From Veleropilina oligotropha (taxonomy: Eukaryota), in contig JBEUKZ010000133.1 in NCBI GenBank assembly GCA_048128005.1, positions 62,001 to 108,497 of the forward strand: DNA of 46,497 nucleotides. The letters run 5' to 3'. Below the pieces are notes generated by a model. It was not told the DNA's origin. It saw nothing but the letters and a program-made list of their open reading frames with translations, and did not search any database. How positions within the stretch are numbered: the first letter of the stretch is position 1; each line of letters starts with the position of its first letter. The position numbers and the translations under genes were made by a program. Of the stretch, positions 26,246 through 37,948 are shown piece after piece.

Positions 26246-28144
26246 TATGAAAATGAAAAATACACGATTATCTCGATAGAAGCGAAATGACGTCTAGTAA
26301 ACGATGTGCAGTTTGATACGAAAACGTCGAGTTTAACATGAGTTTTGTCACACTCCACGTGATGTCAATTTGAAATGAAAATAAATAAAAGTTTATATTA
26401 TTGTATCTGAAATATATGATTCACATTTTACGTTCATATTCAAATAAATCCAAAGAATAAATTAGGTATCGTTTGTAGGGTTGTTTGAGTTTTATGTTTA
26501 ATACTTGAAATCTACCAAATTGGGAATAAATCATTGTCACAACGCCAGTAAGTCACTATATATATAGGCAAAAATAACATTTTGGCCGAGGTACCTCTGC
26601 CCAGCGTTTCACATGACTATCATGCTTGGCGTTGTCGTAGCAACCTGGAGTCAACGAAAAATAGTAACTCCAAATATTGAAAAAAATTACTTTTAATTTG
26701 TAGGCGCTGCAGGGATACGTACCCGTCTAAATAAATTTTTAAAACATTAAATTCATGTTACATTGCTGACAGTTTATTTGATAAGTGAGCGTTTGCCGTT
26801 ACCCGTCCCTCGTTGAATCGGCTTTCTCCTATAAATCTATTTGCAGTATTTCATTACAAGATTCTGTTTGCCTACTGTCGCAAAAATTCAACATTTATAT
26901 ATATAGTACATCGCTTGAAATAACTGAATATATAAATAGCTTACTAAATTGAGTGTTGTTAGGCGCCTTGTAAGGACTATATTTGGCATCTAAGGCAAAG
27001 ACTTTTTACCTAACAAGCCATTATCCGCCTGCCGCATATATCAATAACAAATAAAAACAGCGAGATAATATAATAATTTGTGTTGTTATATATACACATA
27101 GTGTAGTATTGTGGAAGAAATACGCAAATTCCTAAATGATATAATATTATTCGAAAGAATTGAAGAATAATTGCCGTCTATAATTATAATTTTATCACTA
27201 CTATAATAACATTCTTCGACCAATCAATTTGCAGATCCAATTAAAATCTATCCATCACTTAATTAGTTTGTGAAACTTTACTCCTTGGTCATCTTTCAAC
27301 ATGCAGGCAGTTAAATGCGTTGTTGTTGGTGATAGGCAAGCTATAAATATAGTAAATATTTTTTTAAATTGTGGATTACATCTTACATTTACGACGCACG
27401 TTTTATAGTTTTCAACTTTTTTGATAAGATCATAAGTTAAAAAACTGATATTATATTTATGGTAATTATACTGCAAAATGTGTACAGTGATGTGAAATAT
27501 ATAACTATTTTATACGTGTTACACTTAAATTAGGATTACATTATCTGAATTAATTTAGCAAAATTACCAATATATATAAATGGTGTCTACAGCTTTTTAT
27601 TTGGATAAAGACGGAATCCATCGATCATATATAAATTTATCAGGAACAAAAATATTAACACAATAAGATGTACCTTAGGGACCGGTCATTTATAGCGTGA
27701 AGTGCACAATATTTTGTACTCAAAATGCAGGAAAGGATGTTCCACAACGTTCATTGTCAACATTTTCCTCTACGTGGTGCCCCAAACCCCACGCGAACAA
27801 TTGATCACAAGTTTTAAAGGTTGAACCTGCCCCTTTTCAAAATGACACTGGTTACGGCTAAGTCATTAGAAAAAGTGTTTGTGGTGGGTCATGAAAAAAT
27901 AACACAACTTTTGTATTATTCGTGTATAGTAGTTGATAGTGCTTCATAAATGTTGGTAGTAAGAAATATGACGTTTGTACTCCCAGAATTCAGAAGGCGT
28001 TTCACACTGCTAATTGTATGATTACGTGACCAAGGTCGTTTCGTTTCGAAAATTTTGTTTCAAAGTAAGTAAATCTATATTTACTCTTTATTATCCATGT
28101 GATTCTGGATCCGTCCCTATAGTTTGACTGTTAGGTTAGTAGCA

Positions 28145-28408
28145 GAGGGAGGGAGGAATGATGCTTAATGTCCTGTATATTTACAACATCGTGGTTCAAG
28201 GCAGGACATGTCCGTGTTATCGCGGGAAGAAACCCCGGTCGCCCGGGTAAACCCGCCCTCTTCGGCCAGTCGCGGACAACTGTGATTCATAACTTGAACA
28301 AATGTCAATGCCTCAGCCAGGTATTGAACCCACTACTGTTCGCATTAGCGGAATCAAGCCAGTGAATTTAGAGTTGATACTCTTACCCACTGCGCTGCCG
28401 AAGCGGCC
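28145..28408 (-). mobile_element. tRNA-derived SINE, family A, full length
   Basis: 13-bp TSD taggttagtagca at 28132-28144 and 28409-28421. Confidence 0.92.
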
Positions 28409-28445
28409 TAGGTTAGTAGCACAAGTGGTGGCTCAAATTTTAAGC

Positions 28446-28790
28446 AATTAGGAGTGAGTGCGGTGAGAATGCTGTCTGGCCAAGACGGGCTCTTCATGGC
28501 GCAGGGACCCGTAAGAGGGGCCCCATTCACCAAGAAAATCCTGTACATTATGAAGTTTATTCCCTGTGCGTTCATCCCAATAACGTTGCCAGGTTCTTTG
28601 ATTCGCGATCTTGATATTTATAGATTGGTTAATATATAAATCTGACTTTCCTGTTTTATCAGACTTTTCATTGCCTTCTATGCCAATATGCCTTGGTATC
28701 ATGCATACAAATTTAATGATGTCATTTTTGTTTAAGAGATTATTGTATTTGAGCAATAAATGTTGTATAAATACATTTCTATTCATCCCC
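28446..28790 (-). mobile_element. Fragment of RNase H-bearing LINE (I group)
   Basis: IPRHIGIEGNEKSD (RNase H motif), WQRYWD, NKLH, EEPVLAR. Confidence 0.75.
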
Positions 28791-29264
28791 CTCAAAATGC
28801 AGGACATAGTTTCACCCAGTTTCCTGCTGCACGGACATTTAAGAATATATTGTAAAAGTTGGACCCCCTTTCAAACTTCAGAATCAACACCCCCATAACC
28901 ACGCCTGGGGGAAGGGGGGGGGGGGGGGTTATGAAAAAGACACACTATCCGGGATGATCTTTGCCGTATCTTGCATTTCGCGACCGTCCTCGATAGCTCG
29001 ATAGAGCGTCAGAAAAACGATAAGTGGGACGGTATGGTGTGGGTTCAAACTCCCGCTCCGGCGTTGCTATTCTAACGCTTAAAACTAATAGATGGCACAT
29101 CCCTAATGTATGTCGGTCAGATCGGAGTCAGACCTAAAACAGGGTGTCCCGACTACGATACAGCTGACAAATTGCTAAAAGTAATCGCAAAACAACGTTG
29201 CCAACCAACCAAACAATCTTGTATTTCGTAAAGCATATTTTGAAAAGCATATTTTGAAGATCTG

Positions 29265-29535
29265 AAAGGAAAGGAAAGGATCGATGCTTATTGTCCTGTA
29301 TATTCCCAACCATCATTTGGTTCAAACCAGGACATGGCTGTATTATCGGGGGATGAAAGCCCGGTCGCCCGGGTAAACCCGCCCTCTTCGACCAGTGACG
29401 GACAACTGTGATTCATAACTTGAACAAATGTGTGCTGCCTTAGCCGGGGGTCGAACCCACTATTGTTCGCGTCAGCGGAATCAAGTCAGTGATTTTCGAA
29501 ATCCACAACCGTACCACTGTACTGTCGAAGCGGCC
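29265..29535 (-). mobile_element. tRNA-derived SINE, family A (further copies ~31214-31440, 38255-38458, 39093-39320)
   Basis: Shared atgctta.tgtcctgtatatt, ggacaactgtgattcataa, cggaatcaag and gaagcggc blocks. (GAAAG)n tail. Confidence 0.85.
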
Positions 29536-29599
29536 TTTAAATATCTGAACGATGAGCTTGCATAAACAAATGTGGAAAAGAACAATTAATACCCTACAA

Positions 29600-29830
29600 A
29601 CTCAATAATTACACCTCTTGTGGACCCGCTTTCGCATGTCGTACACGTTAGCGAGTTGGCGGCTACCCCACACACTCCACATGGCCATGCACCGGACTCC
29701 GATGCCACTCCACTGTCATCACTGCTGATCAACACTTTCGACTTTTCGGCGTTCACTGTCAGCCCCTTGCTCACAAGTCACCTCCGATACTCATCCAGCT
29801 TTCTTCACAGCTCCTCCCTGGATGGTGCAG
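29600..29830 (-). mobile_element. RTE-clade LINE fragment
   Basis: KGLTVNAEKSKVL...SGAWPCGVCG..ANSLTCTTC resembles the RT end plus Cys-rich insert of some RTE elements. Confidence 0.6.
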
Positions 29831-30361
29831 TGAATCCAAATTTACGGCGCATTATGATTGTTAATTAACAAATCCTTTAATGTCTCTCATTTCAAATTTG
29901 TAAATTTAAAGGCAAATCATGTTGCTTTTTCTGAGAAAAGGGAATAATAAACATTATATTTGAAAATGATTCGTTTGGTTTTGGTTGCCTCTGCTAAATT
30001 CCCACCCCAAAGTTTTATAATACACTTACGATGAAAATGGTGAAAAATGACAACCTAAAAACATCGCATTTTCAGCCTCAAACGCTGTATTACAGCATTA
30101 TATGCTAAAACTTTCTTACGTGTGGGGTCCCATCAACAAGAGCACTGTTGAAATGTAAATTTGAGCCTCCCCCACAATAAAATCAAACTCTTGTACAGCT
30201 CCTACCGATTTTGGGTCATAACAGGACATGTACATATTATCCCGCAAGTATATATTCCAAATTGTATCCATGGCCAATTATGCCCCCATAAAAATGTATG
30301 CTAGAATTCAAGGTGCTTAACAATATTCTTTTCTCTTTCAGAGCCGTGGGTATAAGACATG

Positions 30362-30500
30362 TAACCCTAACCCTAACCCTAACCCTGACATATTTCTTTA
30401 TGTCACTATGTTACAAAAAATAGTTTTGTTACACTTCCATTATTGTATTATTCATGTTACAATGCTTTGGTAAATAAATCATTCATTCATTCATTCATTC
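30362..30500 (+). other. Insertion in pseudogene exon 2: (TAACCC)4 + AT-rich segment + (CATT)n tail
   Basis: Separates GCC GTG GGT..AAG ACA TG from ATG AGG TAC ACC ACA AAC GCC TTC. Confidence 0.9.
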
Positions 30501-31939
30501 ATGAGGTACACCACAAACGCCTTCCCAGGGGAATACGTCCCAGCAGTGTAAGTATCGGTTTGCGGTATACAATATCGTCGTTTGTCTGCTTTGATGAAAA
30601 TGAATCGATGTTTAACGACCACGCCAACATTATTTCAGTTATAAATCGGTGCTGTGTGCAATGGAGGCAGCGATCATTGTCGGGTTTGAACAAGATATAT
30701 ATACTATAGATATCCTTGTTCACCATATGCATCCTTTCATTTGTGACGTTGTGGCAAGGGCTTTTCTAAAAAGACACTAGAGTTTATCAGGTTCGTTGGC
30801 ATGGTGGTAAAGAAATGACTATATATAATGATAAGCGTATCGAACACTGACAAAGACGTTGCTTTATTGCATGTGACTTTCGAGTCACGCATTTCTATCA
30901 TCAAAAGTTAATGATAACAAGTACAGGGCAATAATATTCCAGCCCCAATATGTCAAACAAGCAGTTATCTTGGTAATGATGCGGTCAGCTGACCCGTTGT
31001 TGCATACAACACTATTGTAAATAAACTTGCACCAATTTAACCAAATGGTTGGATAATATACTTGACTTTTGCACTTGTCACTCACCGCTGAATCTATCTT
31101 TACCGCGATGACATCCTTCACGATCATCGACTTTTCTGTTGAAAATTCATTTTCTGGATTTGATGACTGCCAGGAAGTGATCCCCAAGTGCAAACAACGA
31201 GTAGTGCTAGCCGTGAAGAAAAGGAAAGTAAAGTATCGATGTTTAATGTCCTGTGTATATCCAACCAATAAGTTCAAAGCAGGATATGTCCATATTATCG
31301 CGGGAGGAATGTCCGGTCGCCCTCTTCGACCAGTTATGGACAACTGTGATTCATAACTTCAACAAACAATGTGATGTCTCAACTGAGGTTCGAACCCACT
31401 ACTGTTCGTGTCTGCGGAATCAAGCCAGCGACTCTTGCTGCCGATATAAAATCTTCTTCCCAATCAAGGTTTATTCTTGAGAGATTTTTCTTTACTTCCT
31501 CAGAAACTAAAACGAAGACACATTTCGTTTATTTATGTAGTTTTGGTCAAGATTTTGTGTAACTTAGAAAAAACGTCTGAATGGATAGACGGACTTTCGA
31601 AAGATAGAACCAGTAGCATGTTCTTAAACACTACTCCAGTCGCCAGTAACATATACGTGATGGCAATCGCTAATATATATTGATTGTCCTTCTGGTGATT
31701 GGTCTTGATTTGAATCCAGAGGAGGTGCAGACATGTGATTAGATTCGAAGGGGTGAAAGACTGTCTCGATGGCCGAGTGGGCAAAAGCATAACTTGGGTC
31801 AGATTCAACCATACTGATTATGCTGCAAGGTATCAGACTGGATTCGAAGTTCGGAGACTGTGGAGTAGTTTATAACTGACCAGGGTGGACGTTTATCCAG
31901 TGTTAATATGTCAAGATTTATCTGCGCTTTCTCACACAT

Positions 31940-32235
31940 GCGAAATGCGTACCCAAAGCGCTTATATTATTATACCCTGGTTATTGGCCTGTTCAATTCA
32001 ATATTCCTTCTCAACTCTCTCAGAGAGTATTGCGGCCAAGTACATGTTTGTTAGGCGCTTGACCGGTCATTCTGACATATTCTACCACTGCCCACCAGGT
32101 ATCCATTTTGATCTCAGATCGGCTGGGCGAACCGAGGCACATATATGCTTAATTCCTTGCCCAATGGAAGTCACTGGAATCGTGGTTCAACTCCAAGTCT
32201 CTCGATGAGAGGCCAGTCTAACACTCAGACACGGA
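31940..32235 (-). mobile_element. Degenerate SINE of a third family (L2-like tail)
   Basis: agcgcttatattatt tail, ccttgcccaa core motif, decayed tRNA-like head. Confidence 0.4.
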
Positions 32236-35200
32236 AATTTCAAGGTTTGGCCTCTATGGTCATAATGGATGTACCGATCCATACCAATCCAAAACGAAGG
32301 GGCTAGGGGTTTCCATCATAATTTTCTTGATGCAAGGTACAATTATATGCATGGGATAAACTACTCGATAGCGTTGAATAGTTCAGAGAAGACACGGCCC
32401 GAGACAGGAGTTTATTCGCTGAACTATTCAATGATATCGAGTAGTTTATATCACTTAAAACATGTCACCATTGAACAATAGCCTCATTCCCCACTAGGTA
32501 CCTCTATTGAAGTTAATTGGAGTGAAATAGTAGAATGGGGTCTTTAATTGGATGGATTAGTTGAATGACAGTCTTAATTGGAGAGTATTAGTTGAATGCC
32601 TTTAAAATATTCCACTATTCCACCGCTGGGTCAAGAAAGCTTTGTTCTTCAATTAAATAGGCAGAATAAACAAATGCCCAGAACAATAGATGACGTCACA
32701 AAAATGTTTTAACCATTGATAATAAAGAATAACCTTGCTTCGACAAATATAAATAATGTTGGTAATATGCTACTTTTATTATTTTTTAATTCAGATTCGA
32801 CATTACATTGCCAATGTAGTGGTGGATGAGAAGCCAAGCTTGAGATTACCGCAGGGCAAGGAGACTACGATCGGCTTCGACCACTCTCGTATCCCCAAAC
32901 AGTGAGTTGCATAAGAGAGAATGACACGTTTGCTCCTGTACAATTTAATATTGTACATTCAGTGGTTTCTGAAAAAGATTGAATCTTTGCTTTTCTTTAC
33001 ACAAGGTGCAAGGTTTTTTGTCATGTATATAAATTTATTTATATTAATATAACTTTTATTTGCCGATTTCAGGATGTCTTCCTGATCTGTTTCTCTCTGA
33101 TCAGTCCTGTGAGCTTTGATAACGTAAGAGCTAAGGTGAGTATCAGATGCATATCATTTAAAGGCTTTCAAGATAACAGATTGTTTTCAAATTTGAAACA
33201 GAATTTCAATCAGGAAAAAAGGGATTAAAAAAGTTAAAGAGTACAAAATGAATCCCATTTTCTGCTAATTAAACTGCCAGTATAGTGACAAGATCAATTA
33301 TATTTATACAGCTTTACTGACATAATCGTGAATATTCCTAACCGGCAAATCGCAATTATTGAATTTAGCAGTAATATAAAACCAACATATATGGCAATTC
33401 AACTTCCACATATATTTATTTCAACAATTTACTAGAGAGCGTGTCCGTTTGCCACTTCCGATTTCTGCGCCCGTTCGAATTGGCCAAGTTTACTGTTGCG
33501 CCCGTTCGAATTGGCCAAGGTCACTATTATATATTTAGAGAGAGATAGCGTCAGCAGGCAGGCAGGGGTGAGGGGGATGTGGTGGGAATCCGGTGTGGAT
33601 TGGGGGAGCGAGAAATGGGGGATTTCAGCGAAATCACTCGGTTGTAAACGGGTGTGCGTGTTAGTTTATTATATTTTCCAAAGAATTAAATCTCCTCCAG
33701 TATTGGCCCATTGTAACACCACATAGGCTATTGCATATTTTCGAATGGCACGAAGTTTTTTTCATCTTGTTTTCAGTAATATATGATCTTATTTTTCTTG
33801 TATTGTCATGCCACTCTGCTCGCATAGTCTATTGACTATGATCTCGCTGGTCCGCCTATTTCTTTCCCGACTGGAATATCGTCTCTTTGAAATTTTCCAA
33901 ACATTAATATGTATTTAATATATCAAATTTAGTTAAAAGTTAATTAAAATAAACTGTTAGAAGCGTTTGTGCAGTTAATAAATTAGCTACGCGGTGAATA
34001 AATCGGCATAAATTGGCTGAATATGGCTACGCGGAACTATTTGCTGTTTAACATCACCGTATTTCATATTTAAAACGTTGTTATTAGCCTACCCTTTTCT
34101 TGAAAACACTTAACCATGTCATTTGCACTTCATTAAATTACAAACTGAAGCGAAATAATATGTATATTAACTATGTGGCGATCCGCCACATAGCGACCAG
34201 CGAGAGCAGAGATATAAGACTGGGGTCGTCGTTTCGTATCTCTTTGCCTGGAGAGTGTTGTCATGCATAACAATGCGACGCTATACCCTTTGTTGAAATA
34301 TATTTATGTTAGTAGTATATGCCTAGGTAATGAAGAAGAGATTATAACAGTTAATTGGATTGGTGTAACGTCTCTATCAATGAACGGGTGACGGGTTTAT
34401 AAACCAGACATTTTATTAGTTTTAAGCGTTAGAATAAGCCACGCCGGGTGCGGTAGTCGAACCCTTATCATCCCGTTCAACTTAATGTTTTTCCGACGCT
34501 CTACCATGAACTTGAGCTTCCGAAGACAGTTATATTATCATAGAAGAAGTGAAACTGCTAAAGTAGATAAGACAAACCATCTGCATTTTAGAAGGACGGG
34601 AGACTTGTTTAAATGGAAACAAATATATAACATGGGAAATAAATTTTTATCTTTAAATGGTGAAGATACATAACGAAAATGTAATATATCAAAAAGTACA
34701 TTGTCAGAACAAGATTGAAATGTGGTTGTCTTCTATTTTGAAATACAACTGTGAATAACGGGAAGAGATGTTGAAAAGCCTTAAGCTGCCATTCCATTAT
34801 GCGGAAATAGTCTCCGGTATCAGGCAACCGGTATCCATGAAAAATCAAAATGTTCTTTTAATGAAGGAGCGATACAATCACTGCGGCAACGACATCAAGC
34901 AATGTCATCCGTAAACAATCGCTCCATTTAGCGATTGATGTCGTTGGCGAAAGGTTACCGGACGGGGGATCCCCACAATGTGACGTATTTTCAGGGTTTT
35001 CCCAGTTTTTTTATTCAACAAATAGCTCTAGGTTCTCTGGGCTGATACTCTGTTTCACCAGGTCCTCTTCTTACGAGCAACAATACTTGGGTAAACCTTT
35101 CTCTGTTGAAACTTTCTTCATAATAACACCCCTTCTGTCGTTTTTTGAACAGGGTAGGCTACTATGCACCCAGTAGCAATGTTTTCATATCTTCTTGTCC

Positions 35201-35489
35201 TTCAATTTCAACCGTTCAGAAGCATTTCGTGTGATCAAAATTACGTCTTGATCCAACAGAAATTACTGCATCAAAATGATTCCAAACCGCATGTGTTTGC
35301 CGTGTATATTGAATCATGTGTGATGCCAATTTGCTGAATATATGCATTCATGCTACATATTTGTATTATGTTATGTTCTTCTTGCCTGTTTATTGATAAC
35401 ATTACACGCCAAAGCATCTATCGTTACATGAGGCGATCCTTTTTGACGGAGGCCGTTAACGCAATGGTGGAATCTCTCCTTGATTAAAT

Positions 35490-37240
35490 TATTACAATTT
35501 GGCTAAATTGCTATAACAATTTACTAAATTGTTATTACGATTACTAAATTGTTATTACAATTTACTAAATTGTTATGACAGTTTAGGTAAATTGTTATGA
35601 CAATTTACTAAATTGTTATGACAATTTACTAAATTGTTATGACAATTTACTAAATTGTTATGACAATTTACTAAATTGTTATGACAATTTACTAAATTGT
35701 TATGACAATTTACTAAATTATTATTACGATTACTAAATTGTTATTACAATTTACAAAATTGTTATTACAATTTACAAAATTGTTATTACAATTTACAAAA
35801 TTGTTATTACAATTTACTAATTTGTTATGACAATTTAGGTAAATTGTTATACGAGAATCAAACCGGACCATCCCGCCATTTGATAGTTTGGAGATAATTG
35901 ACTTTAAAGTTTCAAGCTTTCTCTATCTCTAGATTTATAACTATAAAAATATGTATAGTGACAATATATAAAGTGGAGATGCAAAATTGGCCTGTGAGAA
36001 ACTAAACGATACCTAGACGGTCATATATCCAAATATGACCTTGACCACGTTTTGACCTGTGGCATTTTTACTCATTTCCAGATCAAAATATAGTGCCGAA
36101 ATGGATCAACATACATTATGTAAATAACGCTTTAATGACTGTGAAATGGTCATTTCGTGAAGTATAATCACTGTTCATGTTTTAATCAGCGGCACCGTGT
36201 TCATATACAAGGTCATGCTGTCCTTCATCCAATAGATATCTTGCCACAATTTTTGCTTCTCGTTATTGGACAATGCGGGATGCTTCAATTTGGTCCTAAA
36301 CATCTGTACAAGAAAAGCAAACCCAAATATAGGAAATGTATTCATAAAAATTCAATGCTACATATACTGGTTTAGCCCATTATGGGCCAAATATATATAC
36401 GAGGTATGCATGTAGTGGCACCAATAACTACAATTTGGAAAACATGCGGGATGGTCCGGTCTGTTTCCGAGGGGCTATTACAATATAGGTAAATTGTTAT
36501 TACCAATTTAGGTAAATTGTTATTACGATTTAGGTAAATTGTTATTACGATTTAGGTAAATTGTTATTACGATTTAGGTAAATTGTTATTACGATTTAGG
36601 TAAATTGTTATTACGATTTAGGTAAATTGTTATTACGATTTAGGTAAATTGTTATTACGATTTAGGTAAATTGTTATTACGATTTAGGTAAATTGTTATT
36701 ACGATTTAGGTAAATTGTTATTACGATTTAGGTAAATTGTTATTACGATTTAGGTAAATTGTTATTACGATTTAGGTAAATTGTTATTACGATTTAGGTA
36801 AATTGTTATTACGATTTAGGTAAATTGTTATTACGATTTAGGTAAATTGTTATTACGATTTAGGTAAATTGTTATTACGATTTAGGTAAATTGTTATTAC
36901 GATTTAGTTAAATTGTTATTACAATTTAGGTAAATTGTTATTACAATTTGGCTAAATTGTTATAACAATTTACTAAATTGTTATAACAATTTATATAACA
37001 ATTTACTAAATTGTTATAGCAATTTACTAAATTTAGGTAAATTGTTGTTACAATTTAGGTAAATTGTTATTACAATTTAGGTAAATTGTTATTATGGTTA
37101 TTACAATTTGGTTAAATTGTTATAACAATTATTATTTACTAAATTGTTATTACAATTTACTAAATTGTTATTACAATTTACTAAATTGTTATTACAATTT
37201 TACCAAATTGTTATTACAATTTGGCCAAATTGTTATTACA
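35490..37240. repeat. 21/22-bp minisatellite with palindromic core (caattta-c/gg-taaattg), split by a MITE
   Basis: Left array caatttactaaattgttatga; right array (tttaggtaaattgttattacga)n. Confidence 0.95.
35852..36474. mobile_element. MITE inserted in the minisatellite
   Basis: Inverted repeats accggaccatcccgc (35862) / gcgggatggtccggt (36446). Confidence 0.75.
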
Positions 37241-37704
37241 TATATACTAGTATGTGCGTGTGTTTTCATTAATTTTCATAAGTGCCGCTCCGGTAGGCTA
37301 GTGGATAAGAGTGCGTGCTCAAACAGGAATGCGTTGGAACCAATATTGCTGAAAATTACGGTCATCAAGACTGATCACCACTCAATTAATCTGATTCACA
37401 CGGTTCTCAAATTATGGTTTTGGAACTATCTGGGCCACCGATTGCGGCAACGCATGCACTTAGAGTATCCACACCACTCTAGACAACATCTGCCCGTTTA
37501 CTCTTCATAATGACAATCAAACGTATAATTCTCAACATGATGATCAGCTGCCATTCCTCATAGATTGCTTGTGTCAATTCCTGTATGTAGATATTGGATG
37601 ATGATGTTGTTGTCATCTATGTATATCGAACGACTGACAAAAGCATGATCACGAAATGTTATCCACTACGTTCTGTAAATAACATTGACAACTGGGCGTC
37701 CAGG

Positions 37705-37948
37705 CATGGGCGGATCGGGGGGGGGGGGAGAACTGAAGTAGGTCCGAACAACCACATTTTTTACAAGTCATAAGTTTGATGTTAAGAAATATAGAGTTTT
37801 GCACTGTTTGAATGCAGGAGAGAGGGTTTCATACCGTTAATTGTCAAAATTTTCCTCCGCGTTGGTCCACATCCCCACGCGAACAGTTTATAGTATATTA
37901 CCTAATAAAGTTGACCGCCACATGTTCAAACTTCTACATCTGCCCCTG
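37705..37948. mobile_element. hAT-like MITE, same family as 2503-2806
   Basis: catgggcggatc...atctgcccctg with ccagg on both sides. Confidence 0.75.

Larger units (their letters stand above)
27301..33135 (+). pseudogene. Rac1: Rac copy 2, unprocessed pseudogene (exons 27301-27335, 30342-30547 disrupted, 32795-32901 frameshifted, 33073-33135; last exon absent)
   Basis: Exon 1 MQAVKCVVVGD with GC donor. Exon 2 has a +2 nt insertion and a ~139 bp insertion. Exon 3 is 107 nt instead of 118. Exon 4 is intact (DVFLICFSLISPVSFDNVRAK). Flanks and intron edges align with copy 1. Confidence 0.93.

Noticed and set aside
30362..30385. True telomere or chromosome fusion site
   Set aside because: Only four units in one orientation, with Rac exon sequence continuing on both sides.
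35490..37240. Palindromic 21/22-bp repeats as a CRISPR array
   Set aside because: No spacers; simple minisatellite.
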